From the NCBI GenBank assembly GCA_963708025.1, contig CAVPSB010000032.1:128001-192000 (forward strand): a DNA stretch of 64,000 nucleotides, read 5' to 3'. Position 1 is the first letter of the stretch, and each line of letters begins with the position of its first letter. The stretch is from an uncultured Candidatus Rokubacteria bacterium. Its GTDB lineage: Bacteria; Methylomirabilota; Methylomirabilia; Rokubacteriales; DASRDR01. Shown here piece after piece: positions 50,355-59,201 of this stretch. The position numbers were made by a program, and so were the translations under genes. Below the pieces are notes generated by a model. It had not been told where the DNA came from and did no database searches. It saw only the letters and a list, made by a program, of their open reading frames with translations.

Positions 50355-51260
50355 CTAACGCGACTCGAGCTTCACCAGCTCCGACACCCTCACCAGTGTG
50401 ATCCCCCGGGCCTCCCACCGCGGCAGCGCCTCCCCCAGGAGCTTCAGGGTGAGAGGGCGCCCGTGGGCGATGACGATGACCGAATCGCGGCGCGACGCCC
50501 AGCGCTCCACCTCGAGGAGCTGCGCGCGGGCGGTCGCCTCGCTCTCGTCGGGATCGATGAAGATCTGCCGGCGACCGGCCGGGATGCCCAGGGCCCGGGC
50601 CACATCGTACCCGACACTGCGGTGACTCGTCAGGCTGTCGACGAAGAGGAGGCGCTGGAAGAACACCGGCTCCAGCAGTGCGCGCATTCGCGAGCGGTCC
50701 TCGGTGAACCGCGAGCCCATCCCGGTCACGACCCCGGTCGCGCCCGGGATCGCCGCCAGCTGCCGGCGGGTCCGCCGGGTCACCTCGTCGGGCGGCATGG
50801 AGATCAGGAGGGCGCCGGGGCCGGGATCGACCTCCGGGAAGCGATACGGCTCGAGCGGGAGCTGGAGGAGGACCTCGAGGCCCGCCCGCGCGGCCTCCCG
50901 GGCCAGCCGCGGCGAGAGCGGCAACTCGGGGAGGACGGCGACGGTGACTGGGCGGCCCAGCGCGACCACCAGGTCGAACACGTCGGCCCGGGCCCCCAGC
51001 TGATCAACGATCACCGCGACCCGGGCGGGACGCGCGGCGGCGACACTCTCCGGCCCAGTCCGGCGCGCCGTGGCCGGGCCCTTCGGCGCGGGGCGAACGG
51101 CCGGGGCGGGCGGCGTCGTGCGGGACCACGGCCAGGCCAGGATCGAGCGCTCTCCCCGGCGCGCCTGGTACCGGTCGAGCACGACGACGCCGGCGGCCAG
51201 CGCAACGACGAGAATGCCGGCGGCGATTCCCAGCAGGCGCCGGCTCATCCTCGACGGCAT
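50355..51260 (-). CDS. Divergent polysaccharide deacetylase (YibQ/DUF610 family)
   Basis: VAVIVDQLG, EVLLQLPLEP, MGSRFT, FVDS.T, FID, IAH; usual envC-ctpA neighbour. Confidence 0.85.
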   Translation of the reverse strand: MPSRMSRRLLGIAAGILVVALAAGVVVLDRYQARRGERSILAWPWSRTTPPAPAVRPAPKGPATARRTGPESVAAARPARVAVIVDQLGARADVFDLVVALGRPVTVAVLPELPLSPRLAREAARAGLEVLLQLPLEPYRFPEVDPGPGALLISMPPDEVTRRTRRQLAAIPGATGVVTGMGSRFTEDRSRMRALLEPVFFQRLLFVDSLTSHRSVGYDVARALGIPAGRRQIFIDPDESEATARAQLLEVERWASRRDSVIVIAHGRPLTLKLLGEALPRWEARGITLVRVSELVKLESR

Positions 51261-51415
51261 CGCCTTCCCTCTCCGGGCCGCCGCCCGGCTCGCGCCCCAC
51301 CAGGAGCGACCACCGGCTCATCGGCGATAGCCCTGCGGCGAGGAGGCCAGCGCCTGGTTGACGTCGGTGGTGTGGCGTCCAGGGTGACATGAGCCATGCA
51401 GAGCGTCCGAGCGAC

Positions 51416-51448
51416 GGGGACATCGGGGGGGCCCCGGAAGCCCCCCGA
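51416..51448. repeat. Hairpin repeat family C copy 3
   Basis: GGGGACATCGGGGGGGCCCCGGAAGCCCCCCGA. Confidence 0.6.
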
Positions 51449-51453
51449 CCGAT

Positions 51454-51644
51454 CTAGACTCCCTGAAGCTTCACCGTCGTCGCAGATGAGTCACGTTCTC
51501 GGGCAGGGCCGAGGAGCGAGCAGCGCTAGGACGCAGGGAGGCGCCGACCGGAGGCGTACTCCGAGTACGCCGAGGATCGGCGCAACCCCGAGGCCGAAGG
51601 CCGTCCGAACGACGACGCGATGCGAAGCTCATCGGCCCTGCCCG
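51454..51644. repeat. Structured MITE-like element family E copy 2
   Basis: Homologous to 22502-22717; bounded by CTAG at both ends. Confidence 0.85.
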
Positions 51645-52889
51645 CTAGCTCGCCTTGGCGGTCGGCTTGCCCTTGTCCAGGATGCGCGACGCCTTCAGGA
51701 TGTCGAGCGCCCGCTGGAGCTGGACGTCCTTCTTCTGCAGCTCGGCCTCCGACAAGGGCGTGGCCCCGGGCTTGGGCGGGTCTTCCTTCGGCAGGTCGAT
51801 CACGATGTCCGGGCTGATCCCCTTGCCGTGAATCGACCGCCCCTTCGGCGTGAAGTACTTGGCGGTGGTCAGGCGCAGGCCCGAGCCGTCGGCGAGCGGG
51901 ATGATCGTCTGGACCGATCCCTTGCCGAACGTCTGGGTGCCGAGGACGACGCCCCGGCCGTGGTCCTGGATGGCCCCGGCCACGATCTCGGACGCCGACG
52001 CCGAGCCCTGGTTGACCAGCACGACCAGCGGCACGTCGGTGACCGGGCGCTTGGCGTGGGCGACGAACCGCATGTTCTGATTCCGCACCCGGCCCTCGGT
52101 GTAGACGACGAGCTTGCCGTCCCCCAGGAACTCCTCGGAGACCTCCACCGCGGAGGACAGGAGGCCGCCCGGGTTGTTCCGGAGGTCGACGATGAGCCCG
52201 GCGAATCGGCCGGTCTTCTCGAACTTCTCGATCCCGGCCACGAGGTCCTTGGCGGTGCGCTCCTGGAACTGCCGGAGCCGGATGTAGCCGAGCCCCGGCT
52301 CGATCTCCTGCATCTTCACGCTCTGGACCTGGATGATCTCCCGCACGATGGAGAGCTCGATGGGCTCCTTGGTGCCATCCCGCTGGATCGTGATGGCCAC
52401 CTTGGTGCCCTTGGGGCCGCGCATCTTCTTCACGGCGTCCACCAGCGTCATGTCCTTGGTGGGCAGGCCCTCGATCTTGACGATCCGGTCGCCCGGCTGG
52501 ACCCCGGCCTTGTAGGCCGGCGTGCCCTCGATCGGCGCCACCACCGTCAGCTGATCGTCCCGGACCGTGATCTCGATGCCGAGCCCGCCGAAGCTCCCCG
52601 AGGTCTCCACCTGCATCTCACGGTAGCTCTCGGGATCCAGGAACGAGGAGTGCGGGTCGAGGGACTTCAGCATCCCGCGGATGGCGCCGTAGATGACCTC
52701 GCGGGGCTCGGTCTCGTCGACGTACTGATTCTGGATGATGGCGAGGACGTCCGTGAACAGCTTCAGGTGCTCGTAGGTGGTCGCCGGGTCGACGGCCTTC
52801 GAGGCCGACGTGCCCCCGAGCGAGAGCGTGAGCACCGCCAGGACTGCGGCCGCGAGAAACGCCTTGGTGACCGGTTTACCGGCGCGCAT
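51645..52889 (-). CDS. ctpA: C-terminal processing peptidase, S41 family
   Basis: LDPHS, FGGLGI PDZ, DLRNNPGG, SASASEIVAGA, FGKGSVQ. Confidence 0.93.
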   Translation of the reverse strand: MRAGKPVTKAFLAAAVLAVLTLSLGGTSASKAVDPATTYEHLKLFTDVLAIIQNQYVDETEPREVIYGAIRGMLKSLDPHSSFLDPESYREMQVETSGSFGGLGIEITVRDDQLTVVAPIEGTPAYKAGVQPGDRIVKIEGLPTKDMTLVDAVKKMRGPKGTKVAITIQRDGTKEPIELSIVREIIQVQSVKMQEIEPGLGYIRLRQFQERTAKDLVAGIEKFEKTGRFAGLIVDLRNNPGGLLSSAVEVSEEFLGDGKLVVYTEGRVRNQNMRFVAHAKRPVTDVPLVVLVNQGSASASEIVAGAIQDHGRGVVLGTQTFGKGSVQTIIPLADGSGLRLTTAKYFTPKGRSIHGKGISPDIVIDLPKEDPPKPGATPLSEAELQKKDVQLQRALDILKASRILDKGKPTAKAS

Positions 52890-52979
52890 CAACGAACCCT
52901 CCTTCGGACGCTGACGGACGTTGGGCGCGCGCTCCGCGTGCGCCACCTGCCACACCGACCTCGGGCCCCGCCGGCCGAC

Positions 52980-54182
52980 TCAGGATCGCCGTCTCAGCCA
53001 CTGCTCGGGGTCCTCGGGCCTCCCCTGGTACCGTACCTCGAAATAGAGACGCGGCCCTTCCAGCGACCCCGTCTCCCCTACGCGCGCGATCCCCTGTCCG
53101 GCCTTCACCCGGTCGCCCTCGGCGACCAGGAGCTCGGAGGCGTGGGCATAGAGCGTGTAGTAACCGGTCCCGTGATCCAGGATGATCAGGTTACCATATC
53201 CCTTGAGCCAGCCGCGATAGAGCACCGTCCCCGCGTAAACCGCGCGGATCGAAGCGCCCTCGTCGGCCTCGATGTCCACGCCGCGGCGGAACGTTTCGGT
53301 GCCGAACCGGGGGTGGACCTGGCGGCCGAATCCGGCCACGACCCGGCCGTCGGTCGGCCAGGGGAGCTGACCCCGGAGCGTCCCGAGGCCGACCGCCGGC
53401 GGCCGCGGCCCCTCGGGGGCCGCCGGCCGGACGCTGGCCGGCCGGGCCGCCACCCGGCGGCTGAGCTCGCGCACCAGCGCCTCGAGCCGGCCCCGCGCCT
53501 CTTCCAGCTCCCCGGCCATGCGCTCGTGGGTCGCCCGATCGTCCCGGACCTCCGCCAGCAGCCCGCGCCGGCGCTCGGCCTCCCGATTCATCGCCGCCCG
53601 CTCCGCTTCCACCGCGCGACGGAGGCCGACCAGCTCGCGCCGCCCTCGCGCGACGGCCTCCTCCCGGGCGCTCAGGCGCTCGGCCGTCCGGCCGAACTCC
53701 GTGAGCCGGGCCAGGTCGGTCCGGGCCACCCGCGTCAGGTCCCCGAGCGCGCCCTGCCGCGCGACCTCCGCGCGCTCGCCCAGCCAGCCGGGCGGCGCCG
53801 GCCGCTCGGCCAGTGCCGCCAGGGTGCGGAGGCGTGCTCCCAGCACCGCCTGCTGGGTGACGAGGTCCTCAGCCACCCGGCCCCGCCGGTCGCCGAGCGC
53901 CTCCAGCTCGGCCTCGACGCGACCGATGCGCTCGTCCAATCGGCGCAGCTCGCCGCGTTTCCGCGCCAGCGTCCGGTCCCGCTGCTCCAGCTCGGCCAGC
54001 AGCGAGACCTCCCGGCTGCGCGCGGCCGAGGCCCGGGCCCGCGCCTCGTCGAGCTGGCGTCGCACCTGTCCGAGCTCCTCCTTCCGCTCCTTCAGCGCGG
54101 CGCCCGGACGCGGAGCGGCGGCGGCGGTCGTCAGGAGGGCGAGGACCACGGCGACGCCGAGCAGGCCGCGGGCCGGCGTCAC
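52980..54182 (-). CDS. envC: Murein hydrolase activator EnvC family (coiled coil + M23)
   Basis: Signal peptide, coiled coil, LPWP..G, GYGNLIILDHG..YTLYAH, LYFEVR. Confidence 0.88.
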   Translation of the reverse strand: MTPARGLLGVAVVLALLTTAAAAPRPGAALKERKEELGQVRRQLDEARARASAARSREVSLLAELEQRDRTLARKRGELRRLDERIGRVEAELEALGDRRGRVAEDLVTQQAVLGARLRTLAALAERPAPPGWLGERAEVARQGALGDLTRVARTDLARLTEFGRTAERLSAREEAVARGRRELVGLRRAVEAERAAMNREAERRRGLLAEVRDDRATHERMAGELEEARGRLEALVRELSRRVAARPASVRPAAPEGPRPPAVGLGTLRGQLPWPTDGRVVAGFGRQVHPRFGTETFRRGVDIEADEGASIRAVYAGTVLYRGWLKGYGNLIILDHGTGYYTLYAHASELLVAEGDRVKAGQGIARVGETGSLEGPRLYFEVRYQGRPEDPEQWLRRRS

Positions 54183-55069
54183 GGTCGCCCCGCGAAGAGC
54201 CCGCCGGCGAGCCCGGTCGCGGCGCCCCCGCCGAGCAAGGCGGCGGTGAGCGGCCCGGCAGGCAGCGAGAGCGACGGCAGCCCGAGCGTGGCGCGGAGCC
54301 AGTCGGCCGTCCAGGGGGCGCCGGCCTCCGAGACGAGGACCAGGAGGCTCCAGCCGAGCGCGGCGCCGGCGGCGCCCTGCACGACGGCCTGCACGAGAAG
54401 CGGCGACCAGAGCCGGCCCTCCGGCACGCCGGCCAGTCGCAAGATGGCCGTCTCGTCGGCCCGTCGCTGGCGGGCGAGGCTGGTCGCCCCGCCGATCGCT
54501 CCGAGGGCGGCGAGACCGAGCAGCGCGGCGAGCCCGGCACCGCCCCGGGTGAGGCCGCGCTCCACCCGCTCGACCGGCTCCACCCAGCCGACCGCCGCCT
54601 GCACCTCCTCGACGGCGGGAACCCGGCCGAGCGCCTCGACCAGGGCGCGCAGCCCGGCGGCGCTCGTCGCCGGCGCCGGGGTGACGACGAGCCGCGCCGG
54701 CACCGGATTGACCGGGAGGCGATCGAGCCCGTCGCCGCCCTGCCCCTGCGCGCCCAGGTACTGCCGGAGCTCCGCGAGCGCCTCCCGGCTCGACACGTAG
54801 CGAACCGCGGCGACTCCCGGCAGCGCGCGCACGTCCGGAACGACGCCGGCCGCGCCGCCGGCCTGCGCAACGTCCTCGCGCAGCAGGGCGACGATCCTGA
54901 GATCGGCGCGCCAGCCAGCGGTCAGCCGGGCGAGGGCCTGGCGTCCGGACAGCGTCGCGCCGGCGACCAGGACCGCCATGGCCGTGAGGAGAACCGCCGT
55001 CGCGCCGGCGAGCCCGGAGCGGCGCAGGTCCTGCCAGGCAGTGACGAGGAGGAAGCTAGCCCGCGCCAC
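54179..55069 (-). CDS. ftsX: Cell division permease FtsX
   Basis: TM1, YVS..EAL..L, NPVPA, EtAILRL.G; located between ftsE and envC. Confidence 0.85.
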   Translation of the reverse strand: MARASFLLVTAWQDLRRSGLAGATAVLLTAMAVLVAGATLSGRQALARLTAGWRADLRIVALLREDVAQAGGAAGVVPDVRALPGVAAVRYVSSREALAELRQYLGAQGQGGDGLDRLPVNPVPARLVVTPAPATSAAGLRALVEALGRVPAVEEVQAAVGWVEPVERVERGLTRGGAGLAALLGLAALGAIGGATSLARQRRADETAILRLAGVPEGRLWSPLLVQAVVQGAAGAALGWSLLVLVSEAGAPWTADWLRATLGLPSLSLPAGPLTAALLGGGAATGLAGGLFAGRP

Positions 55070-55877
55070 GGGTGTTTGGAGCCTCCCTCCCTCCCGATCC
55101 GTGAACGGCCTTCGGCCTTTGGCCCCCCTCCCCCACCCTTGGACGGCCTTCGGCCTGTGGCTGGGGGGAGGGGGGGGTCGGAGGCACTCGATTCACCGTC
55201 ACGGCGGGCTCCGCACACAGCCGGCCCTCCTCCAGCACCAGGGTCCGGGCGCCCAGCTCCGTGGCTAGCGCGGAGACCTGGGACGCCACCACGACCGTCG
55301 TGCCCCCATCCCGGGCGCCGCGGAGAAGGTCCACGACCGCCCGGGCCGCCACCCCGTCGAGCGCCGCCGTCGGCTCGTCGGCCAGGAGGAGACACGGGTC
55401 GCCGGCCAGTGCCCGGGCGATCAGGAGCCGCTGCCGCTCGCCAGCCGTCAGCTCGCGGGGAAAGGCGTTCGCCTTGGGGGTCAGGCCGGCCTCCCGCAGC
55501 GACTGGAGCGCCCGCGTCCGGGCGTCGCGCAGTCCGGCGCCGAGCGCGCGCAGGACGAGCGCGACGTTGCCGAGGACCGTCCGGTCGCCGAGGAGCCGGC
55601 CGTCCGCCGGGACGACGCCCAGGCGCCGGCGCAGCCGGGCGAGGCCGCGACGGCCCAGCGCGCCGACGTCCTCCCCGTCAACGACGAGTCGGCCCTGACT
55701 CGGTCGCTCCTCGCCGCAGATGAGCCGGAGGACGGTGGACTTGCCGGCGCCGCTCGGCCCGGTCACGAGCACCAGCTCCCCCGGGGTCACGTGGAAGCTC
55801 GCGTCGCGGAGGGCGTGGACGACGGGACCACCGGCGCGGCGCGCGTAGAGCCTGGACACTCCCTGGAAGTCGACCAT
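55056..55877 (-). CDS. ftsE: Cell division ATP-binding protein FtsE (C-terminal tail encoded by REP)
   Basis: GPSGAGKST, RRRLGVV, GERQR..IARA, LADEPT. Confidence 0.88.
   Translation of the reverse strand: MVDFQGVSRLYARRAGGPVVHALRDASFHVTPGELVLVTGPSGAGKSTVLRLICGEERPSQGRLVVDGEDVGALGRRGLARLRRRLGVVPADGRLLGDRTVLGNVALVLRALGAGLRDARTRALQSLREAGLTPKANAFPRELTAGERQRLLIARALAGDPCLLLADEPTAALDGVAARAVVDLLRGARDGGTTVVVASQVSALATELGARTLVLEEGRLCAEPAVTVNRVPPTPPSPQPQAEGRPRVGEGGQRPKAVHGSGGREAPNTRGAG
55080..55185. repeat. REP-like family D copy with two nested modules
   Basis: Closely resembles 28021-28130. Confidence 0.78.
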
Positions 55878-55946
55878 GACCAGCGGCGACTCCTCTCATT
55901 ATAGAGAGGGCCACCCCGATCACGCAGGAGTTTCGCCGCGGCGGGC

Positions 55947-57404
55947 TCAGGTCGGTGGGAGGCGCTCGACGAGCAGCCGGTTGACGACCTGGGGACTCGC
56001 CTTCCCACCGGTCGCCTTCATCACCTGACCGACCAGGAAGGCGAGGCTCTGCTTCTTGCCCTTCCGGAAGTCCGCCACCGCGGACGCGTTGGCCCCGATG
56101 ACCCGGTCGACGACCTGGAGGAGGGCGCTCTCTTCCGCGACCTGCGTGAGGCCCTCGCGGCGCACGATCGCGTCGGGGTCCTCCCCGTTCCGGGCCATGC
56201 GCTCGAAGACGTCCTTGGCGATCTTCCCGCTGATGGTCCCGTCGTCCACCAGGGCCACCAGCCGGGCGAGGTGAGCCGGCCGGATCACGCACATGACGAG
56301 CTGGCCGGGATCGCCGTGGAGCACCCGCAGGAGCTCGGAGCCGATCCAGTTGGCGAGCGCCCTCGGGTTCGGGTGGAGCCGAACGGCCTCCTCGTAGTAG
56401 TCGGCCAGCGACCGGTCGGTGGTGAGGAGGTCGGCGTCGTGCGGCGGCAGCCCGTACCGCTCGACGAAGCGGAGGCGCCGGGCCCGCGGCAGCTCGGGGA
56501 GGGCGGCCTCGATCCCGGACACCCAGGCCGGGTCCGGCTGGACCGGAACCAGGTCGGGCTCCGGGAAGTAGCGGTAGTCGTGCGCGAACTCCTTGGACCG
56601 CATCGGGAGAGTCTGCCCCTGTCGGGGTTCCAGAGGCGTGTCTCCTGCACGAGGCGCTCGCCCCGGTCCAGCGCCCGGCCCTGGCGCTCCACCTCGTGCT
56701 CGAGGGCGGCCCGGACGTGGCGGAAGGAGTTCATGTTCTTGATCTCGACCTTCGTGCCCAGCTCGGTGGCCGCCCCGCGGCCGGAGGGAGATGTTCGCGT
56801 CGCAGCGGAGCGAGCCTTCCTCCATGTTGCCGTCGCAGACCCCGAGGTAGCGGACCACCGCCCGCAGCGTCCGCAGGTACTCCGCCGCCTCGGCCGGCGA
56901 GCGGAGGTCCGGCCGCGAGACGATCTCCATCAGCGGTACGCCCGCCCGGTTGAAGTCGACCAGGCTCGCGCTGGCCGCTCGAAGACCCCGCCCTCGTGGG
57001 TCAGCTTGCCCACGTCCTCCTCGAGGTGGAGGCGCTCGATGCCGATCCGGCGCACGGCGCCGGCCTCGTCCGGCGGGGCGACCTCGAGCCACCCGTCCTC
57101 GGCCAGCGGCTCCTCGTACTGGCTGATCTGGTAGTTCTTCGGCATGTCGGGGTAGAAGTAGTGCTTGCGCGCGAACCGGCGACTCCGCGCTGATCGCGGC
57201 AGCGGAGCGCGCGGGCCGTCCGGATGCCGAACTCGATCGCCCGGCGGTTGATGACCGGCAGGACGCCCGGCATGCCCAGGCAGACCGGGCAGGTCTGGCG
57301 GTTCGGCGGCGGCGCCGAAGGTCGCCGCGCACCCGCAGAACATCTTGCGAGCGCGTCAGGAGCTGGGCGTGCACCTCCAGCCCGATGACGGTCTCGTAGG
57401 CCAT
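55947..57404 (-). CDS. gatB: Asp/Glu-tRNA amidotransferase subunit B (frameshifted)
   Basis: [69 protein letters not shown]. Confidence 0.92.
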   Translation of the reverse strand: MAYETVIGLEVHAQLLTRSQDVLRVRGDLRRRRRTARPARSAWACRASCRSSTAGRSSSASGRPARSAAAISAESPVRAQALLLPRHAEELPDQPVRGAAGRGRVARGRPAGRGRRRAPDRHRAPPPRGGRGQADPRGRGLRAASASLVDFNRAGVPLMEIVSRPDLRSPAEAAEYLRTLRAVVRYLGVCDGNMEEGSLRCDANISLRPRGGHRAGHEGRDQEHELLPPRPGRPRARGGAPGPGAGPGRAPRAGDTPLEPRQGQTLPMRSKEFAHDYRYFPEPDLVPVQPDPAWVSGIEAALPELPRARRLRFVERYGLPPHDADLLTTDRSLADYYEEAVRLHPNPRALANWIGSELLRVLHGDPGQLVMCVIRPAHLARLVALVDDGTISGKIAKDVFERMARNGEDPDAIVRREGLTQVAEESALLQVVDRVIGANASAVADFRKGKKQSLAFLVGQVMKATGGKASPQVVNRLLVERLPPT

Positions 57405-58890
57405 CAGGCATTCCGTCTCGAGCAGCCGGCTTCCGGCGCCGCCAGTCGGTGCGCCGCCTCGTAGGCGGCGGCGACCCGGAAGAGCGTCGTCTCGTCGAAG
57501 GGCTTCCCGATGAGCTGGAGGCCGATCGGGCAGCCCGGCCGGCCGAGAATCCGCACGGGACGGAGATCGCCGGGCACGCCCGGCCAGCGGCGACGGGATG
57601 GTGAAGACGTCGTTCAGGTACATGGCCAGCGGGTCCTCGGTCTTCTCCCCGAGCTTGAACGCCGGCGTCGGGCGCGGTCGGCGCGACGATCGACGTCGCA
57701 CCTCGCCGAACGCCCGCGTCGAAGTCGCGCGCGGATCAGCGTGCGGACCCGCAGCGCCTTGGCGTAGTAGGCGTCGTAGTAGCCGGCGGAGAGCGCGTAG
57801 GTGCCGAGCATGATCCGGCGCTTGACCTCGGCCCCGAAGCCCTCGGCCCGGGTGCGCGCCGTCATGTCGATGAGGTCCTTGGCGCCGTCGGCCCGGTGGC
57901 CGTACTTCACCCCGTCGTAGCGGGCCAGGTTCGAGGAGGCCTCGGCGGGGGCCACGATGTAGTAGGCCGCCACCCCGTAGTCGGTGTGGGGCAGCGAGAC
58001 GCGGCGCGTGCGCGCCCCCAGGCGCTCGAGGGTCGTGATGGCCTCGCGGACCGCGCGCCTCCACCTCGGCGTCGAGCCCCGGGATGAAGTACTCGTCGGG
58101 GATGCCGAGCGTGAGGCCGCGGACGCCCCCGCCGAGGGCTGCCTGGTAGTCCGGCACCGGCTCGTCGGCCGAGGTCGAGTCCATGGGGTCGTGGCCGGCG
58201 ATCGACTCTAATAGAATAGGCCGCGTCCCGGACGTCCTTGGCGATGGGGCCGATCTGGTCGAGCGACGAGGCGAAGGCGATGGCGCCGTAGCGGGAGACG
58301 CGACCGTAGGTCGGCCGGAGCCCCACCACCCCGCAGAAGGCGGCGGGCTGCCGGACCGAGCCACCGGTGTCCGTGCCGAGGGCGCCGGCCGCCAGGTCGG
58401 CGGCCACCGCGGCGGCCGAGCCGCCGGAGGAGCCGCCCGGCACCCGGTCCGGGGCCCAGGGGTTCCGGGTCGGGAAGAAGCCGGAGTTCTCGGTCGACGA
58501 GCCCATCGCGAACTCGTCCATGTTCGTCTTGCCGAGAATGATCGCGCCGTCGGCGGCCAGGCGGACGAGGACGGTCGCGTCGTAGGGCGGGACGAACTCC
58601 GCCAGGATCTTCGCGCCGCACGTCGTCCGGAGCCCGCGCGTGCAGAGGACGTCCTTGATGCCGAGCGGGATGCCGTCGAGCGGCCGCACCGGCTCGCCCC
58701 GCCGCACCCGGTCGTCGACCGCGGCGGCCTGCGCCCGCGCTGACTCGCCGGCAACCGTCAGGTAAGCGTTGAGAGCGGGGTCGAGCGCCGCGATGCGGGC
58801 GAGGTAGGCGTCAACGAGCCCGCTCGCCGTCACGGCCCCGGTGCGGAGCGCGTCCCGGGCCTCGTGGATGGTGAGGCGGGTCCAGTCCAC
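57404..58890 (-). CDS. gatA: Asp/Glu-tRNA amidotransferase subunit A (frameshifted; end approximate)
   Basis: [56 protein letters not shown]. Confidence 0.92.
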
Positions 58891-58892
58891 CT

Positions 58893-59201
58893 CTACTCCT
58901 CGAGGATGCGCGGGACCCGGAACGACTCCCCTTCCGGGTCCGGGGCGTTCGCGAGCATGGCCTCCACCGGGTAGGAGGGTCGCACCTCGTCCTCACGCAT
59001 CACGTTCGCCAGGGGCAGGACGTGAGTGGTGGGCGGGACGTCCGCCGTGTCCACCTGGTCGAGCTTCTCGATGTAGCCGAGGATCGCGTCGAGCTGGCTC
59101 CGCATCCGCGCCTTCTCCGTCGCCGACAGATCGAGTCGGGCGAGGCGGGCGACGTGCTCGACTTCGGCCAGGCTGATCTTCGGCTCCGGCGGGGTGTCCA
59201 T
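58893..59201 (-). CDS. gatC: Asp/Glu-tRNA amidotransferase subunit C
   Basis: [30 protein letters not shown]. Confidence 0.93.
   Translation of the reverse strand: MDTPPEPKISLAEVEHVARLARLDLSATEKARMRSQLDAILGYIEKLDQVDTADVPPTTHVLPLANVMREDEVRPSYPVEAMLANAPDPEGESFRVPRILEE

Noticed and set aside
56600..58220. gatA/gatB pseudogenes or gatA-gatB fusion
   Set aside because: Normally essential genes; same indel error pattern; the fusion ORF is a frame artefact
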